Assembly: GCA_051942205.1 (NCBI GenBank)
Contig: JAVECO010000135.1
Location: forward strand, 44,453 to 64,452
DNA from: Coniocarpon cinnabarinum
Taxonomy: Eukaryota
DNA length: 20,000 nt
Direction: 5' to 3'
Below are positions 17,813-20,000 of the stretch, piece after piece; within the stretch, counting starts at the first letter, position 1, and each line of letters begins with the position of its first letter. Position numbers and translations under genes: made by a program. The notes under the pieces were generated by a model, which searched no databases, was not told the origin of the DNA, and saw nothing but the letters and a program-made list of their open reading frames with translations.

Positions 17813-20000
17813 ATGGCGGACAAGCGAATCAACATCCTCGTCTACTCTGGTACGCAAAAACCCGAACGTTCTTCTGAGACGCTTCTTATAAATACAGGAA
17901 CCGGCGCTTCGCCCTCGGCGATCCAACACGCCGTCCATTCATTAAAGCAACACCTCTCACCCAACTATGCCGTCCACACGCTCGCCACTGAGGTCCTACT
18001 CAACGAACCCTGGGGTCCCACATGCGCCCTTCTTGTATTTCCCGGTGGTGGGGACCTGGGGTATTGCCGCTTACTCAACGGCAAGGGCAATCAACTCATC
18101 CGCCAGTACGTTGAGAACGGCGGGAAGTACCTCGGACTTTGTGCAGGCGGGTATTATGGCGCTAGTCGATGTGAGTTTGAGACTGGTGATCGAGGTATGG
18201 AAGTTGTAGGGAGTCGGGAACTTGGATTTTTTCCGGGGACTTGTCGGGGGAGTGTGTTTAAGGGTTTTGAGTATGGGAGTGACAAGGGAACGAGAGCGGC
18301 GAGACTTAGGGTTCATTGGGATCAGATGAATGGTGCAAGTGCTACTGATGTACGGGCGAGGGTCTATACAAATGGTGGTGGTGTCTTTATTGGGGCTGGT
18401 AAGACGAAAGACGTCGAAGTCTTGGCTGAGTTTGATGAAGCTGTGGATGTTGAGCATGATGAGGAGAAGGCGGCTGCCGTTGTGTATGGCAAAATTGGCG
18501 AAGGCGGCTTCATGTTGACAGGGCCACATCCCGAGTTCGCTTAGATCTGTCCGCTCGTTTGAGACATATGCTAATGGACATCAGGTTTGCCATCGCTAAC
18601 ATCAGTCCCAACGCCAGAAACATGGAACCATCCGTGTATTCCGCTCTTCAAGACAACGACGCGGCGCGGGACTTGCTCTTCAGAGCATTGCTTTCAAAGC
18701 TAGGTCTCGAAGTAACGGAAGCAACACAGCAACCGCCACCATTGGCACCTTTGCATCTCGTGAGCCCCGATGCCACTGTTATTGAAGACATCCTCAAGAA
18801 GCTTGAAGAAGTGTCATCGACTGTTGACGGTGACGACTACGTCAAAGGCGAAGCTGATACATTTTTGATCAAACAACCTGAAAGTGCTTGGAGCATGGCA
18901 CGTCTCACTCGAGCAGCATTGGACGTGCTTTCTTCCACCGCTGAAAAGACAATCGGTGGCCATGCCGAAGCCAAGAAAGAGGGCTCGAGCGAGAGCAGCA
19001 ACGCCAAAGGCCAAGGCATAGCTGGTCATATTTCTCCATCCGACTACACGAACATCATCAAAACCATAATCGCTCACCCCCAAATTCCCGAGAAAGAAAC
19101 AACACCCCATTTCAATCACCGTCTCTACTTCTCCTCCCTCTGTCAATCCTTCTCAAATACTACATTCGGCACACCCCTCCTGACCACATCCTGCACAACC
19201 TCCACATCAACACTCCTTTCCGCAAATCCAACACTGACCTCGCGTCTACCAAACGGTACAACCTTTACGGCGTCGACGCAATTGTCAGGTCGCGGAAGGG
19301 GTAGTAACGTTTGGGTTTCCCCTCCGGGAGCCCTCATGTTCACGACTGTCTTTACGCATGATTTACAGATTAATGCCAGAGCGCCGGTCGTGTTTGTGCA
19401 GTATCTAGCGGCCATGGCCGTCGTTGACGCCGTCACATCTTACACTTCCACCAATACCACAGCACCTCAAGAAGGAATACAAGCCTCAGAGGGATACGAG
19501 CAGATTCCTGTGCGATTGAAATGGCCAAATGACATTTATGCCCTTGATACTCAATACGTGTCCGAATCCCCTAATGCGGGAAGTGGCAACTGGCGTGAAA
19601 AATACAGAAAGATAGGAGGCATACTGGTCAACACCTCATACACCTCCGGCCACTTCAGCGTCATTCTCGGTATAGGTCTCAACCTCTCAAACAGCGCACC
19701 AACAACCAGCCTGAATACTTTGATCTCCACCCTCAACAGAACCCGCCCCCAATCCCAACACTTACAACCGATGAGTCAAGAACGATTACTTGCGGGTATC
19801 ATGTCCAGCTTCGGGAAATTATATGAGGTTTTTGTGCGGAAGGGGTTTGTGGGCGAGTTACAAGAGAGATATCAACGCATGTGGTTGCATGGGAACCAAG
19901 TCGTGACGTTGGAATCGGAGGGAAATGCGAGAGCGAGGATCACGGGGGTGAGTTCGGATTGGGGGTTGCTTGTTGCGGAGGAGGTGGTGGGGTCAGGGGA
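17813..20000 (+). CDS. BPL1: Biotin-protein ligase (holocarboxylase synthetase) with N-terminal GATase-like BPL_N domain; 3' end outside window
   Basis: Exons 17813-17849, 17898-18534, 18585->20000; introns of 48 nt (GTACGC...CAG) and 50 nt (GTTCGC...CTAAT...CAG). BPL_N motifs NILVYSG, LLVFPGGGD, GGKYLGLCAGGY, GPHPEF. Exon 3 is open to the edge, so it is missing from the ORF track; it carries the catalytic motifs QLSGRGRGSNVWVSP, KWPND, KIGGILVN and GIGLN. Confidence 0.96.

Noticed and set aside
1..20000. Biosynthetic gene cluster, mobile element or prokaryotic system
   Set aside because: No core biosynthetic enzyme, transposase, reverse transcriptase, LTR/TIR or CRISPR-like repeat; the spliceosomal introns show this is fungal nuclear DNA.

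Overview
Eukaryotic, gene-dense window from a filamentous ascomycete (Pezizomycotina-type GT..CTRAY..AG introns of 46-80 nt, roughly 50% GC). Nine protein-coding genes can be modelled by hand. In order: the 5' end of a TP/SP-rich protein (-, runs off the left edge); a 5-exon cytochrome P450 (-); a GDT1/TMEM165 Ca2+/Mn2+ antiporter with a long luminal N-terminus (-); an intronless Tbf1/TRF-like single-Myb protein (+); pantothenate kinase (-); an uncharacterised multi-pass membrane protein (+); a TMEM135-like membrane protein (+); Tof1/Swi1/Timeless (+); and biotin-protein ligase BPL1 (+, runs off the right edge). I see no mobile element, rRNA, tRNA, CRISPR array or biosynthetic gene cluster, so this is mostly housekeeping sequence and I cannot claim a new system. 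The best lead is the Myb locus: its telobox recognition helix is altered (LRHKARN), a 9-bp direct repeat CCTTAGGCT brackets the ORF, and a cluster of TTAGGG/CCCTAA hexamers lies just downstream. Other leads are a possible Rum1/Sic1-like CDK inhibitor at the left edge, an out-of-frame upstream ATG over the pantothenate kinase start, and a two-cycle C/G strand skew in BPL1.
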